Part shown: positions 39,766 through 54,316 of the stretch, one piece after another
How the letters are laid out: each line of letters begins with the position of its first letter
Numbering within the stretch: the stretch's first letter is position 1
Source: Escherichia coli
GTDB lineage: Bacteria; Pseudomonadota; Gammaproteobacteria; Enterobacterales; Enterobacteriaceae
DNA length: 64,000 nt
NCBI RefSeq assembly: GCF_003334305.1
Contig: NZ_QOWS01000004.1
Direction: 5' to 3' (one strand)
Program-made: the position numbers and the translations under genes
Notes under the pieces: model-generated
Database searches by the model: none
What the model was told of the DNA's origin: nothing
The model's input: only the letters and a program-made list of their open reading frames with translations

Positions 39766-40662
39766 TCACGCCCGCGGGTGATGCTGTTGATGAAGTTGCC
39801 GCAGACGCTCGGTAGCGACATGCGTATAAATTTGCGTGGTGGAGAGGTCGCTGTGGCCCAGTAGCATCTGCACCACGCGTAAATCCGCACCATGATTTAA
39901 TAAATGGGTGGCAAAAGCGTGACGCAATACATGCGGTGACAGCTTTTCGCTGTCGATACCCGCCAGCACAGCATAATGTTTAATGCGGTGCCAGAAGGTC
40001 TGTCGCGTCATCTGCTGCGCACGCTGGCTGGGAAACAACACGTCAATTGACACACCATTCAGCAGCCACGGACGCCCATGTTCCAGATAGGTTTCCAGCC
40101 AGTAAACCGCCTCTTCACCTAACGGTACCAGGCGCTCTTTGTTGCCTTTACCAATGACCCGCACTACGCCCTGACGCAGGCTGATATCACTCATTGTCAG
40201 TCCGACCAGTTCAGAGACACGCAGCCCGGTAGCATACAACACTTCAAGCATGGCTTTATCGCGTAGCTCCAGTGGCTGATCAATTAATGGTGCCTGTAAT
40301 AAACGTTCGACCTGCGCTTCGCTTAAATCTTTTGGCAAACGCTGGGGCAATTTCGGTGAAGCGAGATGCGCACTGGGATCGTCTTCACGAAACTTTTCGC
40401 GATAAAGATACTGGAACAATCGGCGCACTGCACTCAGCAAACGCGCTGAGCTGGTGGCTTTATACCCGCCCTCCAGCCGTTCTGCCAGTAATGCCTGCAA
40501 ATCGTCACTTTGCGCCGTCGCCAGCGTCAACCCGCGGTGATGCAACCACTCCACCATCATTGACAGATCGCGACGGTAAGCGTTCAACGTATTTTCAGCC
40601 AGATTTTTTTCCAGCCACAGAGCATCAAGAAACTGCTCGATGCGTGCCAGATCCTGTTTCAC
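39766..40662 (-). CDS. xerD: Site-specific tyrosine recombinase (chromosome dimer resolution)
   Basis: 298 aa; housekeeping recombinase, not a mobile-element integrase in this context. Confidence 0.95.
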   Translation of the reverse strand: MKQDLARIEQFLDALWLEKNLAENTLNAYRRDLSMMVEWLHHRGLTLATAQSDDLQALLAERLEGGYKATSSARLLSAVRRLFQYLYREKFREDDPSAHLASPKLPQRLPKDLSEAQVERLLQAPLIDQPLELRDKAMLEVLYATGLRVSELVGLTMSDISLRQGVVRVIGKGNKERLVPLGEEAVYWLETYLEHGRPWLLNGVSIDVLFPSQRAQQMTRQTFWHRIKHYAVLAGIDSEKLSPHVLRHAFATHLLNHGADLRVVQMLLGHSDLSTTQIYTHVATERLRQLHQQHHPRA

Positions 40663-40773
40663 TTGCGCCCCTTATGGTCACTCATTTGATCCATTATGCC
40701 TTATTGTGCCGTGACTAAAGCGATTCTGATACACTAGCCGCAAAAGCCACAGCAGAATCGAGAAGCTTACGTT

Positions 40774-41295
40774 ATGAATATGGGTCTTTTTTACGGTTCC
40801 AGCACCTGTTACACCGAAATGGCGGCAGAAAAAATCCGCGATATTATCGGCCCAGAACTGGTGACCTTACATAACCTCAAGGACGACTCCCCGAAATTAA
40901 TGGAGCAGTACGATGTGCTCATTCTGGGTATCCCGACCTGGGATTTTGGTGAAATCCAGGAAGACTGGGAAGCCGTCTGGGATCAGCTCGACGACCTGAA
41001 CCTTGAAGGTAAAATTGTTGCGCTGTATGGGCTTGGCGATCAACTGGGATACGGCGAGTGGTTCCTCGATGCGCTCGGTATGCTGCATGACAAACTCTCG
41101 ACCAAAGGCGTGAAGTTCGTCGGCTACTGGCCAACGGAAGGATATGAATTTACCAGCCCGAAACCGGTGATTGCTGACGGGCAACTGTTCGTGGGTCTGG
41201 CGCTGGATGAAACTAACCAGTATGACCTTAGCGACGAGCGTATTCAGAGCTGGTGCGAGCAAATCCTCAACGAAATGGCAGAGCATTACGCCTGA
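40774..41295 (+). CDS. fldB: Flavodoxin 2
   Basis: 173 aa; flavodoxin fold ([15 protein letters not shown]). Confidence 0.93.
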
Positions 41296-41334
41296 TCTCA
41301 CTGACGGCTTAGCGCATATGCTTTGCCGTCATCT

Positions 41335-42001
<667 letters not shown>

Positions 42002-42231
42002 TCACGAAAATCCAGTACCCGGCTATTGTAACGTGTTTTTCGCCTTCTTTTACGGGAATATCAGTAAACACCATCGCGATCGCGAAATTAATTCACAACA
42101 ATTCAATGGCTTCATTTTTTTGGAAGTCGCCTCGCAGAAGGCACAGATCGCGTAGTGAAAGCACTTGCATTGCCTCATAGCTCTTTTACCATTAGTCATT
42201 AATACGCCGTTAAGCAACTCAGGACTCTATT

Positions 42232-43212
42232 ATGGCTTTTACACCTTTTCCTCCCCGTCAGCCTACGGCTTCTGCCCGTTTACCGCTGACGCTGATGACG
42301 CTTGATGACTGGGCGCTTGCCACCATTACTGGCGCGGACAGCGAAAAATATATGCAGGGTCAGGTGACAGCAGATGTCAGCCAGATGGCAGAAGATCAGC
42401 ACCTGCTCGCCGCCCATTGCGACGCCAAAGGTAAAATGTGGAGCAATTTACGTCTGTTCCGCGACGGCGATGGCTTTGCATGGATTGAACGGCGCAGCGT
42501 GCGTGAACCGCAGCTGACTGAACTGAAAAAATATGCGGTATTCTCTAAAGTGACCATCGCGCCAGACGACGAGCGTGTGCTGCTTGGTGTTGCCGGTTTT
42601 CAGGCGCGCGCCGCGCTGGCAAATCTCTTTAGCGAACTGCCTTCGAAAGAAAAACAGGTAGTCAAAGAAGGCGCGACCACTTTGCTATGGTTTGAACACC
42701 CGGCAGAACGTTTCCTGATCGTAACCGATGAAGCTACTGCTAATATGCTGACCGATAAACTGCGCGGTGAAGCGGAACTGAACAATAGCCAACAGTGGCT
42801 GGCATTAAACATTGAAGCGGGTTTCCCGGTGATTGATGCCGCCAACAGCGGGCAGTTTATCCCACAGGCGACCAATCTCCAGGCGCTGGGCGGTATCAGC
42901 TTTAAGAAAGGCTGTTATACCGGACAAGAGATGGTGGCGCGGGCCAAATTCCGCGGTGCCAACAAACGTGCGCTCTGGTTACTGGCAGGTAGCGCCAGCC
43001 GACTGCCAGAAGCAGGTGAAGACTTAGAGCTGAAAATGGGCGAAAACTGGCGTCGTACCGGTACGGTGCTGGCTGCGGTCAAACTGGAAGATGGTCAGGT
43101 CGTGGTGCAGGTGGTGATGAATAACGATATGGAACCGGACAGCATCTTCCGCGTGCGCGACGATGCAAATACACTGCATATCGAGCCGCTGCCGTATTCG
43201 CTCGAAGAGTAA
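42232..43212 (+). CDS. ygfZ: Folate-binding Fe-S cluster repair/assembly protein
   Basis: 326 aa; GcvT-like fold. Confidence 0.92.
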   Translation: MAFTPFPPRQPTASARLPLTLMTLDDWALATITGADSEKYMQGQVTADVSQMAEDQHLLAAHCDAKGKMWSNLRLFRDGDGFAWIERRSVREPQLTELKKYAVFSKVTIAPDDERVLLGVAGFQARAALANLFSELPSKEKQVVKEGATTLLWFEHPAERFLIVTDEATANMLTDKLRGEAELNNSQQWLALNIEAGFPVIDAANSGQFIPQATNLQALGGISFKKGCYTGQEMVARAKFRGANKRALWLLAGSASRLPEAGEDLELKMGENWRRTGTVLAAVKLEDGQVVVQVVMNNDMEPDSIFRVRDDANTLHIEPLPYSLEE

Positions 43213-43288
43213 ATTTCTATATCGCTTCGGGCATCTATTGCCTGAAGCGACACTGATGTGTCTTTTCATGCAGACAAAGGCACAGCAA

Positions 43289-43951
<663 letters not shown>

Positions 43952-44111
43952 TTACTCCGGAGAAACGTACACGCACATGTATACCTCTCCAGCGTAACTG
44001 AGAATAGTTCCAGTGAACACCTGTTAGCTAAAATAAATTCTGATTTGAGACTAATCTCCTAAAAATCATGAAATTAAATGCGAAATTTCAACTAACAGGC
44101 GTGAGTTCAAT

Positions 44112-44423
44112 TTAAAGACATTTAAATTCAATCACATAAAACTGTGTCTGACCGGGATAGATGTCGGCAATGACCTTTATCAGTTCAGTCAGGGTCATAT
44201 TTTCCTGCTCTGCATGTTTTTCCGTCAGCGTATCCAGCGTTACGGTTGAGGTTGCGGTGACTTCAATCGTGCAAAAATAACCGTCATCTTCAAAACGCCC
44301 GACACGAAGCACATCACCCGTTTTGAAGTGCGATTCAGACTCGTCGCGGATGGTGATGGTTTTACGCCCAGCCAGAATGTCATCCTGGAAACGTTGAAAA
44401 AAAGTGATGTCGTTTGGCTGCAT
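44112..44423 (-). CDS. yqfB: ASCH-domain protein
   Basis: 103 aa. Confidence 0.88.
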
Positions 44424-44440
44424 GGTACTATTTCCTGTAA

Positions 44441-45901
<1,461 letters not shown>

Positions 45902-45957
45902 GTCGATGAAGTACCGGATGCAATACTTGTTGCATCCGGTCAGACAACTTCCCTGTT

Positions 45958-46701
45958 TTATTTCCCGCCCGCCAAATCGATAAAACTTCCCGTGACGTAA
46001 GAGGCTTTATCACTTAGTAGCCAGACAATGGCCCGCGCGACCTCTTCTGCCTGTCCACCACGCTGCATGGGGATGTTCGACTTAACGCGATCGACGCGTC
46101 CAGGCTCGCCGCCGCTGGCGTGCATTTCGGTATAAATAAACCCTGGCCGCACGCAGTTAACGCGGATCCCCTGCGCGGCGACTTCCAGCGATAGTCCGGT
46201 GGTTAACGTATCAATCGCCCCTTTCGATGCCGCGTAATCAACATATTCCCCTGGCGAACCCAACCGTGAGGCCACCGAAGAGACATTGACGATAGCGCCG
46301 CCACTGCCACCATTTTTAAGCGCCATGCGTTTTACCGCCTCGCGGCAGCAGAGAAAATATCCCGTCACGTTGGTGGAAAGTACTCGGTTGATTCGCTCTG
46401 CGGTAAGGTTTTCAACGGTGCACTGGGTAAACAAGATCCCGGCGTTATTGACCAGCGCTGCTAGCGGTTCATCGTGCTGATCGATTGCTGTAAACATCGC
46501 AACGACCTGGTTTTCGTCGCTGATATCCGCCTGGAGCACGAATGCTTTGCCACCGGCTTGCGTTATTAAGTTCATCACTTCCTGCGCCGCGTGGAGGTTT
46601 TGCTGATAATTAACCGCCACCGTATACCCTTCTTGCGCCAACAGTAATGCAGTTGCCCGCCCGATGCCGCGACTGCCACCGGTCACAAGTGCTATAGCCA
46701 T
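45958..46701 (-). CDS. ygfF: Short-chain dehydrogenase/reductase
   Basis: 247 aa; TGGSRGIG cofactor motif. Confidence 0.9.
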   Translation of the reverse strand: MAIALVTGGSRGIGRATALLLAQEGYTVAVNYQQNLHAAQEVMNLITQAGGKAFVLQADISDENQVVAMFTAIDQHDEPLAALVNNAGILFTQCTVENLTAERINRVLSTNVTGYFLCCREAVKRMALKNGGSGGAIVNVSSVASRLGSPGEYVDYAASKGAIDTLTTGLSLEVAAQGIRVNCVRPGFIYTEMHASGGEPGRVDRVKSNIPMQRGGQAEEVARAIVWLLSDKASYVTGSFIDLAGGK

Positions 46702-46786
46702 TTGTTTTTCCGAGAAAAATTAATTCGTTGACGTATCTTTGAGATTGCTAACAAACTGGCTCAATCTTCAATGTTGGCACGCTTTT

Positions 46787-46887
46787 CCCCTCGCCCTTTC
46801 AGGGAGAGGGCCGGGGTGAGGGTAAATATTCGCGCCAGTGCCGGCCTGTTCCCCTCACCCTAACCCTCTCCCCAAAGGGGCGAGGGG
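46787..46887. repeat. GC-rich imperfect extragenic palindrome (REP-like element), about 100 bp
   Basis: Arms CCCCTCGCCCTTTCAGGGAGAGGGCCGGGGTGAGGGT and CCCCTCACCCTAACCCTCTCCCCAAAGGGGCGAGGGG are near reverse complements; shares the GAGGGTGAGG/CCTCACCC motif with the element at 49876-49946. Confidence 0.6.
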
Positions 46888-46921
46888 ACTGTCTGAGCAC
46901 TTTTGTACTTTGTCATCTGAC

Positions 46922-46944
46922 TAAAAAGGCGCCGAAGCGCCTTT
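46922..46944 (-). terminator. Intrinsic terminator of the gcvTHP operon
   Basis: Minus strand: AAAGGCGC-UUCG-GCGCCUUU hairpin with U-run, 23 nt after the gcvP stop. Confidence 0.8.
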
Positions 46945-46966
46945 AGAAAATAGTCGAATCAGTGAA

Positions 46967-49840
46967 TTACTGGTATTCGCTAATCGGTACGCAGGAGCAG
47001 AACAGGTTACGGTCGCCGTAAACATCATCCAGACGTTTCACTGTCGGCCAGTATTTGTCTGCCACACCTGCCGGGAATACCGCAACTTCACGGCTGTACG
47101 GATGCGCCCACTCGGCGACCAGTTCGCTCTGAATGTGCGGCGCGTTCACCAGCGGGTTATCTTCCAGCGGCCAGACACCGGCTTTCACCTGGTCAATTTC
47201 TGCGCGGATAGCCAGCATCGCGTCGATAAAGCGATCCAGTTCCACTTTGCTTTCAGATTCAGTCGGTTCAACCATCAGCGTACCTGCCACCGGGAACGAC
47301 ATCGTCGGCGCGTGGAAACCGTAGTCGATCAGGCGCTTGGCAATATCCAGCTCGCTGATGCCGGTTTCTTCTTTCAACGGACGAATATCGAGAATACATT
47401 CGTGCGCCACGCGACCGTCACGACCGGTATACAGCACCGGGAAGGCATCCTGCAGGCGGCTGGCAATATAGTTGGCGTTGAGGATTGCCACCTGGCTTGC
47501 TTTTTTCAGCCCTTCTGCGCCCATCATGCGGATGTACATCCAGCTGATTGGCAGGATAGAGGCGCTACCGAACGGTGCCGCAGAAACCGCGCCCTGACGG
47601 GTTAACATGCCTTCGATTTGCACCACGCTATGACCCGGTACAAACGGTGCCAAATGCGCTTTCACACCGATCGGTCCCATACCCGGACCACCACCGCCGT
47701 GCGGAATGCAGAAAGTTTTATGCAGGTTAAGGTGCGAAACGTCCGCACCAATAAAGCCCGGTGAGGTGATGCCAACCTGGGCGTTCATGTTCGCGCCATC
47801 AAGGTAAACCTGACCGCCGAACTGATGCACGACTTCACACACTTCACGGATCGTTTCTTCATACACGCCGTGGGTGGAAGGATAGGTCACCATGATACAG
47901 GAGAGGTTATCGCCCGCCTGTTCCGCTTTCTCGCGCAGATCAGCCAGATCGATGTTGCCGTTTTTATCACACGCCACAACCACCACCTGCATTCCTGCCA
48001 TATGTGCAGAAGCGGGGTTAGTGCCGTGCGCAGAAGCCGGGATCAGGCAGATATCGCGATGCCCTTCGTTGCGGCTTTCATGATAATGACGAATCGCCAG
48101 CAGGCCCGCGTATTCGCCCTGTGCGCCAGAGTTCGGCTGCATACAAACGGCATCGTAACCGGTCAGTTTCACCAGCCAGTCAGCCAGCTGCGCGATCATC
48201 TGCTGATAACCTTCGGCCTGTTCCGGCGGGCAGAACGGGTGCAGTTCGGCAAATTCAGGCCAGGTGATTGGGATCATCTCGGCGGCGGCGTTCAGTTTCA
48301 TGGTGCAGGAACCCAGCGGGATCATCGCCTGATTCAGCGCCAGATCTTTACGCTCCAGCGAGTGCATATAGCGCATCATTTCGGTTTCGCTGTGGTAGCG
48401 ATTAAACACCGGATGGGTGAGGATTTCATCGTCGCGCAGCATCGCAGGCTGGATAGAGCGGCTGTCGTGAGCCACGTCTTTGTCCAGCGTGTCGATGTCC
48501 AGCCCGTGGTTATCCCCCAGTAGTACGCTGAAAAGCTGCATTACGTTTTCATGCGTGGTGGTTTCATCAAGGGTGATCCCCACCGCGTTCAGGATATCGC
48601 TACGCAGGTTGATTTCAGCCGCTTCGGCACGCGCCAGTACGCCCGCCTTGTCGGCCACTTCCACACACAGAGTGTCGAAATAGTGCGCATGGCGCAGCTT
48701 CAGACCTTTTTGTTGCAGGCCTGCCGCCAGGATATCGGTCAAACGGTGAATGCGGTTAGCGATACGTTTCAGGCCAACCGGGCCGTGATAAACGGCATAC
48801 AGGCTGGCGATGTTTGCCAGCAGTACCTGGGAAGTACAAATGTTGGAGTTCGCTTTCTCACGGCGGATATGTTGCTCGCGAGTCTGCATCGCCATGCGCA
48901 GCGCGGTATTGCCAGCTGCATCTTTCGATACACCGATAATACGGCCCGGCATTGAGCGTTTGTATTCATCTTTCGCCGCAAAGAATGCCGCGTGTGGGCC
49001 ACCGTAGCCCATCGGCACGCCGAAGCGTTGCGCCGAACCAAAAACAATATCCGCGCCCTGTTTACCCGGCGCAGTTAACAGCACCAGCGCCATAATATCG
49101 GCGGCAACGCTGACCACAATTTTGCGTGATTTCAGTTCGCTAATAAGCGCAGTGTAGTCGTGAATTTCACCGGTAGTGCCTACCTGCTGTAACAGCACGC
49201 CGAAGACGTCCTGATGGTCGAGCACTTTTTGCGCGTCATCGACAATCACTTCAAAACCAAAGGTTTCGGCACGAGTACGGACCACATCCAGCGTTTGCGG
49301 ATGCACATCGGAAGCCACGAAGAAGCGGTTGGCATTTTTCAGTTTGCTGACGCGTTTCGCCATCGCCATTGCTTCGGCGGCAGCGGTGGCCTCGTCCAGA
49401 AGAGAAGCAGAGGCCATATCCAGTCCAGTCAAATCCAGCGTTACCTGCTGGAAGTTGAGCAGTGCTTCAAGGCGGCCCTGGGAGACTTCAGGTTGATACG
49501 GAGTGTACGCGGTATACCAGCCCGGATTTTCCAGCATGTTACGCAGGATAACCGGCGGTAGCTGCACGGCGGTGTAACCCATGCCGATGTAAGACGTGAA
49601 GCGTTTATTGCGACTGGCAATAGCCTTGAGTTCTGCCAGTGCGGCGTATTCGGTCGCCGGTGCGCCAACCTGCGGCGGGGTCGCAAGCTGAATATCTTTC
49701 GGCACAATCTGGCCGGTCAGCGCGTTTAACGATTGTGCACCAACGGCATTCAGCATTTCTTGCTGTTGCGCGGCGTCCGGTCCGATATGGCGTTCAATAA
49801 AAGCGCCGCTGTTTTCAAGCTGGCTTAACGTCTGTGTCAT
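46967..49840 (-). CDS. gcvP: Glycine dehydrogenase (decarboxylating), glycine cleavage P protein
   Basis: 957 aa. Confidence 0.95.
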   Translation of the reverse strand: MTQTLSQLENSGAFIERHIGPDAAQQQEMLNAVGAQSLNALTGQIVPKDIQLATPPQVGAPATEYAALAELKAIASRNKRFTSYIGMGYTAVQLPPVILRNMLENPGWYTAYTPYQPEVSQGRLEALLNFQQVTLDLTGLDMASASLLDEATAAAEAMAMAKRVSKLKNANRFFVASDVHPQTLDVVRTRAETFGFEVIVDDAQKVLDHQDVFGVLLQQVGTTGEIHDYTALISELKSRKIVVSVAADIMALVLLTAPGKQGADIVFGSAQRFGVPMGYGGPHAAFFAAKDEYKRSMPGRIIGVSKDAAGNTALRMAMQTREQHIRREKANSNICTSQVLLANIASLYAVYHGPVGLKRIANRIHRLTDILAAGLQQKGLKLRHAHYFDTLCVEVADKAGVLARAEAAEINLRSDILNAVGITLDETTTHENVMQLFSVLLGDNHGLDIDTLDKDVAHDSRSIQPAMLRDDEILTHPVFNRYHSETEMMRYMHSLERKDLALNQAMIPLGSCTMKLNAAAEMIPITWPEFAELHPFCPPEQAEGYQQMIAQLADWLVKLTGYDAVCMQPNSGAQGEYAGLLAIRHYHESRNEGHRDICLIPASAHGTNPASAHMAGMQVVVVACDKNGNIDLADLREKAEQAGDNLSCIMVTYPSTHGVYEETIREVCEVVHQFGGQVYLDGANMNAQVGITSPGFIGADVSHLNLHKTFCIPHGGGGPGMGPIGVKAHLAPFVPGHSVVQIEGMLTRQGAVSAAPFGSASILPISWMYIRMMGAEGLKKASQVAILNANYIASRLQDAFPVLYTGRDGRVAHECILDIRPLKEETGISELDIAKRLIDYGFHAPTMSFPVAGTLMVEPTESESKVELDRFIDAMLAIRAEIDQVKAGVWPLEDNPLVNAPHIQSELVAEWAHPYSREVAVFPAGVADKYWPTVKRLDDVYGDRNLFCSCVPISEYQ

Positions 49841-49875
49841 GAGCGATGGTTCCTGAAACGTGCAGTGAATTGTGA

Positions 49876-49946
49876 ACCTCTCTCCTTACGAAGAGAGTGA
49901 GGGTGAGGCATAAATTTTCCTCACCCTGATCCTCTCCCGCAGAAGA
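49876..49946. repeat. GC-rich extragenic palindromic element between gcvP and gcvH
   Basis: CCTCTCTCCTTACGAAGAGAGTGAGGGTGAGGCATAAATTTTCCTCACCCTGATCCTCTCCC; nested inverted repeats. Confidence 0.55.
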
Positions 49947-49958
49947 GGAATAAAGCCG

Positions 49959-50348
49959 TTACTCGTCTTCTAACAATGCTTCGTATGCGGTCGCATCCAG
50001 CAGTGATTCCAGTTCGCTTTCATCGCTGGCTTTGATTTTAAAGATCCAGCCACCTGCATACGGTTCGCTGTTCACCAGTTCCGGGGAATCGCTCAGTGCG
50101 TCGTTTACCGCCACGATTTCACCGCTTACTGGCGCATAAATGTCTGACGCCGCTTTTACTGATTCGGCAACCGCGCAGTCATCGCCCGCGCTAACCGTTG
50201 CGCCCACTTCCGGCAGGTCAACAAACACCATATCGCCTAACAGCTCCTGAGCATGTTCGGTAATACCAACGGTGTAAGTGCCGTCGGCTTCTTTACGCAG
50301 CCATTCGTGTTCTTTGCTGTATTTCAGTTCTGCTGGTACGTTGCTCAT
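49959..50348 (-). CDS. gcvH: Glycine cleavage system H protein
   Basis: 129 aa from the second Met ([10 protein letters not shown]). Confidence 0.95.
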
Positions 50349-50371
50349 CAATCAATCTCCAAAAAAGTAAA

Positions 50372-51466
50372 TCACGCGACGGCTTTGCCGTTACGCACAA
50401 AAACAGGTTTTGTCACTTTAACCGGCATTTCACGGTTGCGAATTTGCACAATCGCCGTTTCGCCAATACCTTCCGGCACGCGCGCCAGCGCAATGCTGTA
50501 ACCCAGCGTCGGGGAGAAAGTACCGCTGGTGATAATGCCTTCATGCTGGTTGCCCTGCGCATCGGTAAAGCGTACCGGCAGTTCATTACGCAGCACGCCT
50601 TTTTCGGTCATCACCAGACCAACCAGTTTTTCTGTACCATGCTCACGCTGCACTTCCAGGGCTTCACGACCGATAAAGTCACGATCTGCCGGTTCCCAGG
50701 CGATAGTCCAGCCCATGTTGGCGGCTAAAGGAGAAATAGTTTCGTCCATCTCCTGACCATAAAGATTCATGCCCGCTTCCAGACGCAGCGTGTCACGCGC
50801 GCCCAAGCCACATGGCTTAACACCCGCTTCCACCAGCGCACGCCAGAAATCGGCCGCTTTTTCATTGGGCAGCGCAATTTCATAGCCCGCTTCACCGGTA
50901 TAACCAGTGGTGGCAATAAACAGATCGCCCGCCTGCACGCCAAAGAACGGTTTCATCCCTTCCACCGCCTGACGCTGGGCGTCATTAAACAGTGTGGCAG
51001 CTTTTGCCTGCGCATTCGGCCCTTGCACGGCAATCATGGAAAGGTCATCACGAACGGTAATTTCGATGCCGAAAGGTTCAGCGTGTTGGGTAATCCAGGA
51101 GAGGTCTTTTTCGCGGGTGGCGGAGTTAACAACGAGGCGGAAGAAATCTTCAGTAAAGTAGTAGACGATGAGGTCATCTATCACACCGCCAGAGGCATTC
51201 AACATCCCCGAGTAAAGGGCTTTGCCGCTTTTGGTGAGCTTCGCCACATCGTTCGCCAGCAGATAACGCAGAAACTCCCGGGTGCGGCTGCCGCGGAGAT
51301 CGACGATGGTCATATGTGACACATCAAACATTCCGGCATCGGTACGTACCGCATGATGTTCGTCGATTTGCGAACCGTAATGCAGCGGCATCATCCAGCC
51401 GTGGAAATCCACCATGCGAGCGCCGCAAAGCGTGTGTTGTTCGTACAAAGGAGTCTGTTGTGCCAT
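50372..51466 (-). CDS. gcvT: Aminomethyltransferase, glycine cleavage T protein
   Basis: 364 aa from ATG 51466 ([10 protein letters not shown]); track ORF extends upstream from a GTG. Confidence 0.95.
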
Positions 51467-51840
51467 CTTGTCCTCATTGAATAAGCGGGGCTGACAACTT
51501 TTCATGGTGAAATTATCACCACGAAACCCAGCATCGGAGCCACTCCCGGTCCCCAACGCAATCGTTCTCTTTTGCCTGAACTTACCACCGAAACAGACTG
51601 TTAACCATAAGGTAAAATTGATCATCACATTAGCTTATGGTTAAAAAACGCCAAAATCGCGACAGAATAAAAAACCAAAAAACACACCAGTTTCTATATA
51701 AAGATGATACCATTAGAAAGCTAATTTGAATAAGGCAATATTAAGAGCTAAAAAAATGTCAAAAAACACTAAATCAAAAAATAATGACATTAGAAAATAT
51801 AATGCGAAAACGGAGGTGAAATTAGTTTATTTCAAATGAG
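51467..51840 (-). promoter_or_regulatory. AT-rich gcvTHP upstream control region
   Basis: About 370 bp of AT-rich, non-coding DNA upstream of gcvT; individual sites not resolved. Confidence 0.45.
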
Positions 51841-51912
51841 GAAAATCTCCCGGCGAAAAAAACGGGAGATGAAAGTGTGATGGGTATCAAATAAACAGCA
51901 GAAGAGAAATTT

Positions 51913-53115
51913 TTAACGCAGCCATTCAGGCAAATCGTTTAATCCCATTGCCTGGCGGATAAGTTGTGGTTTAACGCCAGGAAGCGTGTCGGCCAGTTTC
52001 AAACCAATATCACGCAGCAGTTTTTTCGCCGGATTGGTACCGGAAAACAGATCGCGGAATCCCTGCATACCAGCCAGCATCAGCGCCGCACTGTGCTTGC
52101 GGCTACGCTCATACCGGCGCAGGTAAATGTACTGCCCGATGTCTTTCCCCTGACGATGCAACCGTTTCAGTTCAGCAATCAGCTCTGCAGCATCCATAAA
52201 GCCGAGATTTACTCCCTGCCCCGCCAGCGGGTGAATGGTATGCGCGGCGTCGCCCACCAGCACCAGACGGTGCGCGGCAAACTGGCGCGCATAACGCCCC
52301 GTCAGTGGGAACACCTGACGCGCGCTCTCAACCTTGCATAAGCCCAGGCGATTATCAAAAGCGATATTTAACGCGCGATTAAATTCATCTTCACTTGCCT
52401 GCTGCATCCGCTGCGCTTCCTCTGGCGACAGTGACCAGACAATTGAGCAAAGATGCGGATCGCTAAGCGGTAAAAAGGCCAGAATGCCTTCGCCATGGAA
52501 AACCTGCCGCGCCACCGCATCATGCGGTTCTTCCGTGCGAATGGTCGCTACCAGCGCGTGATGCTGATAATCCCAGAAAGTCAGCGGAATATCTGCTTTG
52601 TTGCGCAACCAGGAATTAGCACCGTCCGCGCCAATCACCAGACGCGCCGTTAACATGCTGCCATCTTTCAGCGTCAGGAAAGTTTCATTTTCTCCCCAGG
52701 CGACCTGCTGTAATTCTGCGGGGGCCAACAGAGTGATATCTGACGACTGCTGCGCTTTGTTCCACAGCGCGTAGTGAATCACTGAGTTTTCAACGATATG
52801 CCCAAGATGGCTATAGCCCATGCTTTGATCGTCAAACGAAATGTGACCAAAACTGTCTTTGTCCCACACTTCCATACCGTGATAACAACTGGCCCTACGA
52901 GAGAGAATGTCCTGCCAGACGCCAAGACGGGTGAGTAATTTTTCGCTGGCGGCATTGATAGCCGAAACGCGCAGTTGTGGTGGTGCATCCGCCGCCAGAG
53001 GTTCCGGTACGCGCTGCTCCAGTACGGCAACGCGTAAGCCGCTCCCCTGTAAGCCGCAGGCAACCGCCAGCCCCACCATGCCGCCACCAACAATGGCTAC
53101 ATCAACACTTTGCAT
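51913..53115 (-). CDS. ubiI: FAD-dependent monooxygenase (ubiquinone biosynthesis hydroxylase)
   Basis: 400 aa; VAIVGGGMVG dinucleotide motif; also called visC. Confidence 0.93.
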   Translation of the reverse strand: MQSVDVAIVGGGMVGLAVACGLQGSGLRVAVLEQRVPEPLAADAPPQLRVSAINAASEKLLTRLGVWQDILSRRASCYHGMEVWDKDSFGHISFDDQSMGYSHLGHIVENSVIHYALWNKAQQSSDITLLAPAELQQVAWGENETFLTLKDGSMLTARLVIGADGANSWLRNKADIPLTFWDYQHHALVATIRTEEPHDAVARQVFHGEGILAFLPLSDPHLCSIVWSLSPEEAQRMQQASEDEFNRALNIAFDNRLGLCKVESARQVFPLTGRYARQFAAHRLVLVGDAAHTIHPLAGQGVNLGFMDAAELIAELKRLHRQGKDIGQYIYLRRYERSRKHSAALMLAGMQGFRDLFSGTNPAKKLLRDIGLKLADTLPGVKPQLIRQAMGLNDLPEWLR

Positions 53116-53137
53116 TGTTTATTCCTTAAAACCGCCT

Positions 53138-54316
53138 TCAACGCGCCACCCAACCGAGGGTGCGCTGCGCCAGCACATCGCGTGCCGGGGTGAATAATTC
53201 CATCGTCATCAGTCCGATGTTGCGCCCGACAACCAGCGGTGCCCAACGGTTGGCAAAAAGATGTACCAGGCTGTCCGTGACGCCGATGGTTGCTTCGCGA
53301 TCGCTCTGTCGACGCTGTTGATAGCGGCACAATATGCCGTAATCACCGATGTCTTCTCCGCGCTCATGCGCCTGAGTTAGGGTTTCCGCAAGGCTCATGA
53401 CATCTCGCATACCGAGGTTAAACCCTTGCCCGGCAATCGGGTGCAGAGTTTGCGCCGCATTGCCCACCAGCACGGTACGATGGGTAATAGCTCTGGCGGC
53501 GCGGGTTAACGCCAGCGGATAAGCACTGCGTTTACCGGCGTGGGTAATTTTTCCAAGTCGCCAGCCAAAGGCCGACTGGAGTTCACGGCAAAACTTCTCG
53601 TCGCTCCACGACAGCACCTCTTCGCGCCGTTCCAGTGGATGACACCAGACCAGCGAACAGCGTCCGTCAGACATCGGCAACATCGCCAGCGGGCCATGTT
53701 GCGTGAAGCGTTCAAAAGCGCGGCCTTCGTGCGCAACGGAAGTCGCAACGTTGGCAATCACGGCCAGTTGTTCGTAAGGCTCCTGCTGCCAATCAACGCC
53801 GCACGCGGTGGCTAACGCTGAATGGGTGCCATCAGCGGCTATCAGCACGCGGCCCGTCAGCATCTCGCCGCTCTCCAGCGTCACTTCAACGTGACTCTGA
53901 GTACGGGCAACGTTAGCTACGCGATCGGGGCAATGCAGCATTACGCCAGGTGCTTTTCGCAGCAATGCAAACAGCCGTTGCCCGACATTATGCAATTCGA
54001 CAACCTGCCCCAGCGCCGCCAGTTGGTAATCTTCTGCGGCGAGGGTGACGAATCCAGCATGACCACGATCGCTGACATGCACGGTAGTGATGGCGGTTGC
54101 GCAATCAGCCAGAGATTGCCAGACGCCGATGCGCGCCAGTTGCTGACAGGTCCCCGCCGCTAGCGCAATAGCTCGTCCATCAAAGCCCGGATGAGCATGT
54201 GACTCTGGCGCGGTCGCTTCAATCAAATGTACCGGCAGCGCCCCGTGACTTAACCGGGAAATAGCCAGCGCCAGCGTCGCGCCCGCCATGCCGCCACCGA
54301 CGATGATTACGCTCAT
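53138..54316 (-). CDS. ubiH: 2-octaprenyl-6-methoxyphenol hydroxylase
   Basis: 392 aa; FAD motif IVGGGMAG. Confidence 0.93.
   Translation of the reverse strand: MSVIIVGGGMAGATLALAISRLSHGALPVHLIEATAPESHAHPGFDGRAIALAAGTCQQLARIGVWQSLADCATAITTVHVSDRGHAGFVTLAAEDYQLAALGQVVELHNVGQRLFALLRKAPGVMLHCPDRVANVARTQSHVEVTLESGEMLTGRVLIAADGTHSALATACGVDWQQEPYEQLAVIANVATSVAHEGRAFERFTQHGPLAMLPMSDGRCSLVWCHPLERREEVLSWSDEKFCRELQSAFGWRLGKITHAGKRSAYPLALTRAARAITHRTVLVGNAAQTLHPIAGQGFNLGMRDVMSLAETLTQAHERGEDIGDYGILCRYQQRRQSDREATIGVTDSLVHLFANRWAPLVVGRNIGLMTMELFTPARDVLAQRTLGWVAR

Noticed and set aside
39766-40662. Tyrosine recombinase as a marker of an integrated mobile element
   Set aside because: This is the housekeeping xerD in its conserved dsbC-recJ context, with no flanking att-like repeats or phage or IS genes.
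47825-48523. 232-codon plus-strand ORF antisense to gcvP, plus several others at 47102-48955
   Set aside because: All lie inside gcvP on the opposite strand; no independent support.
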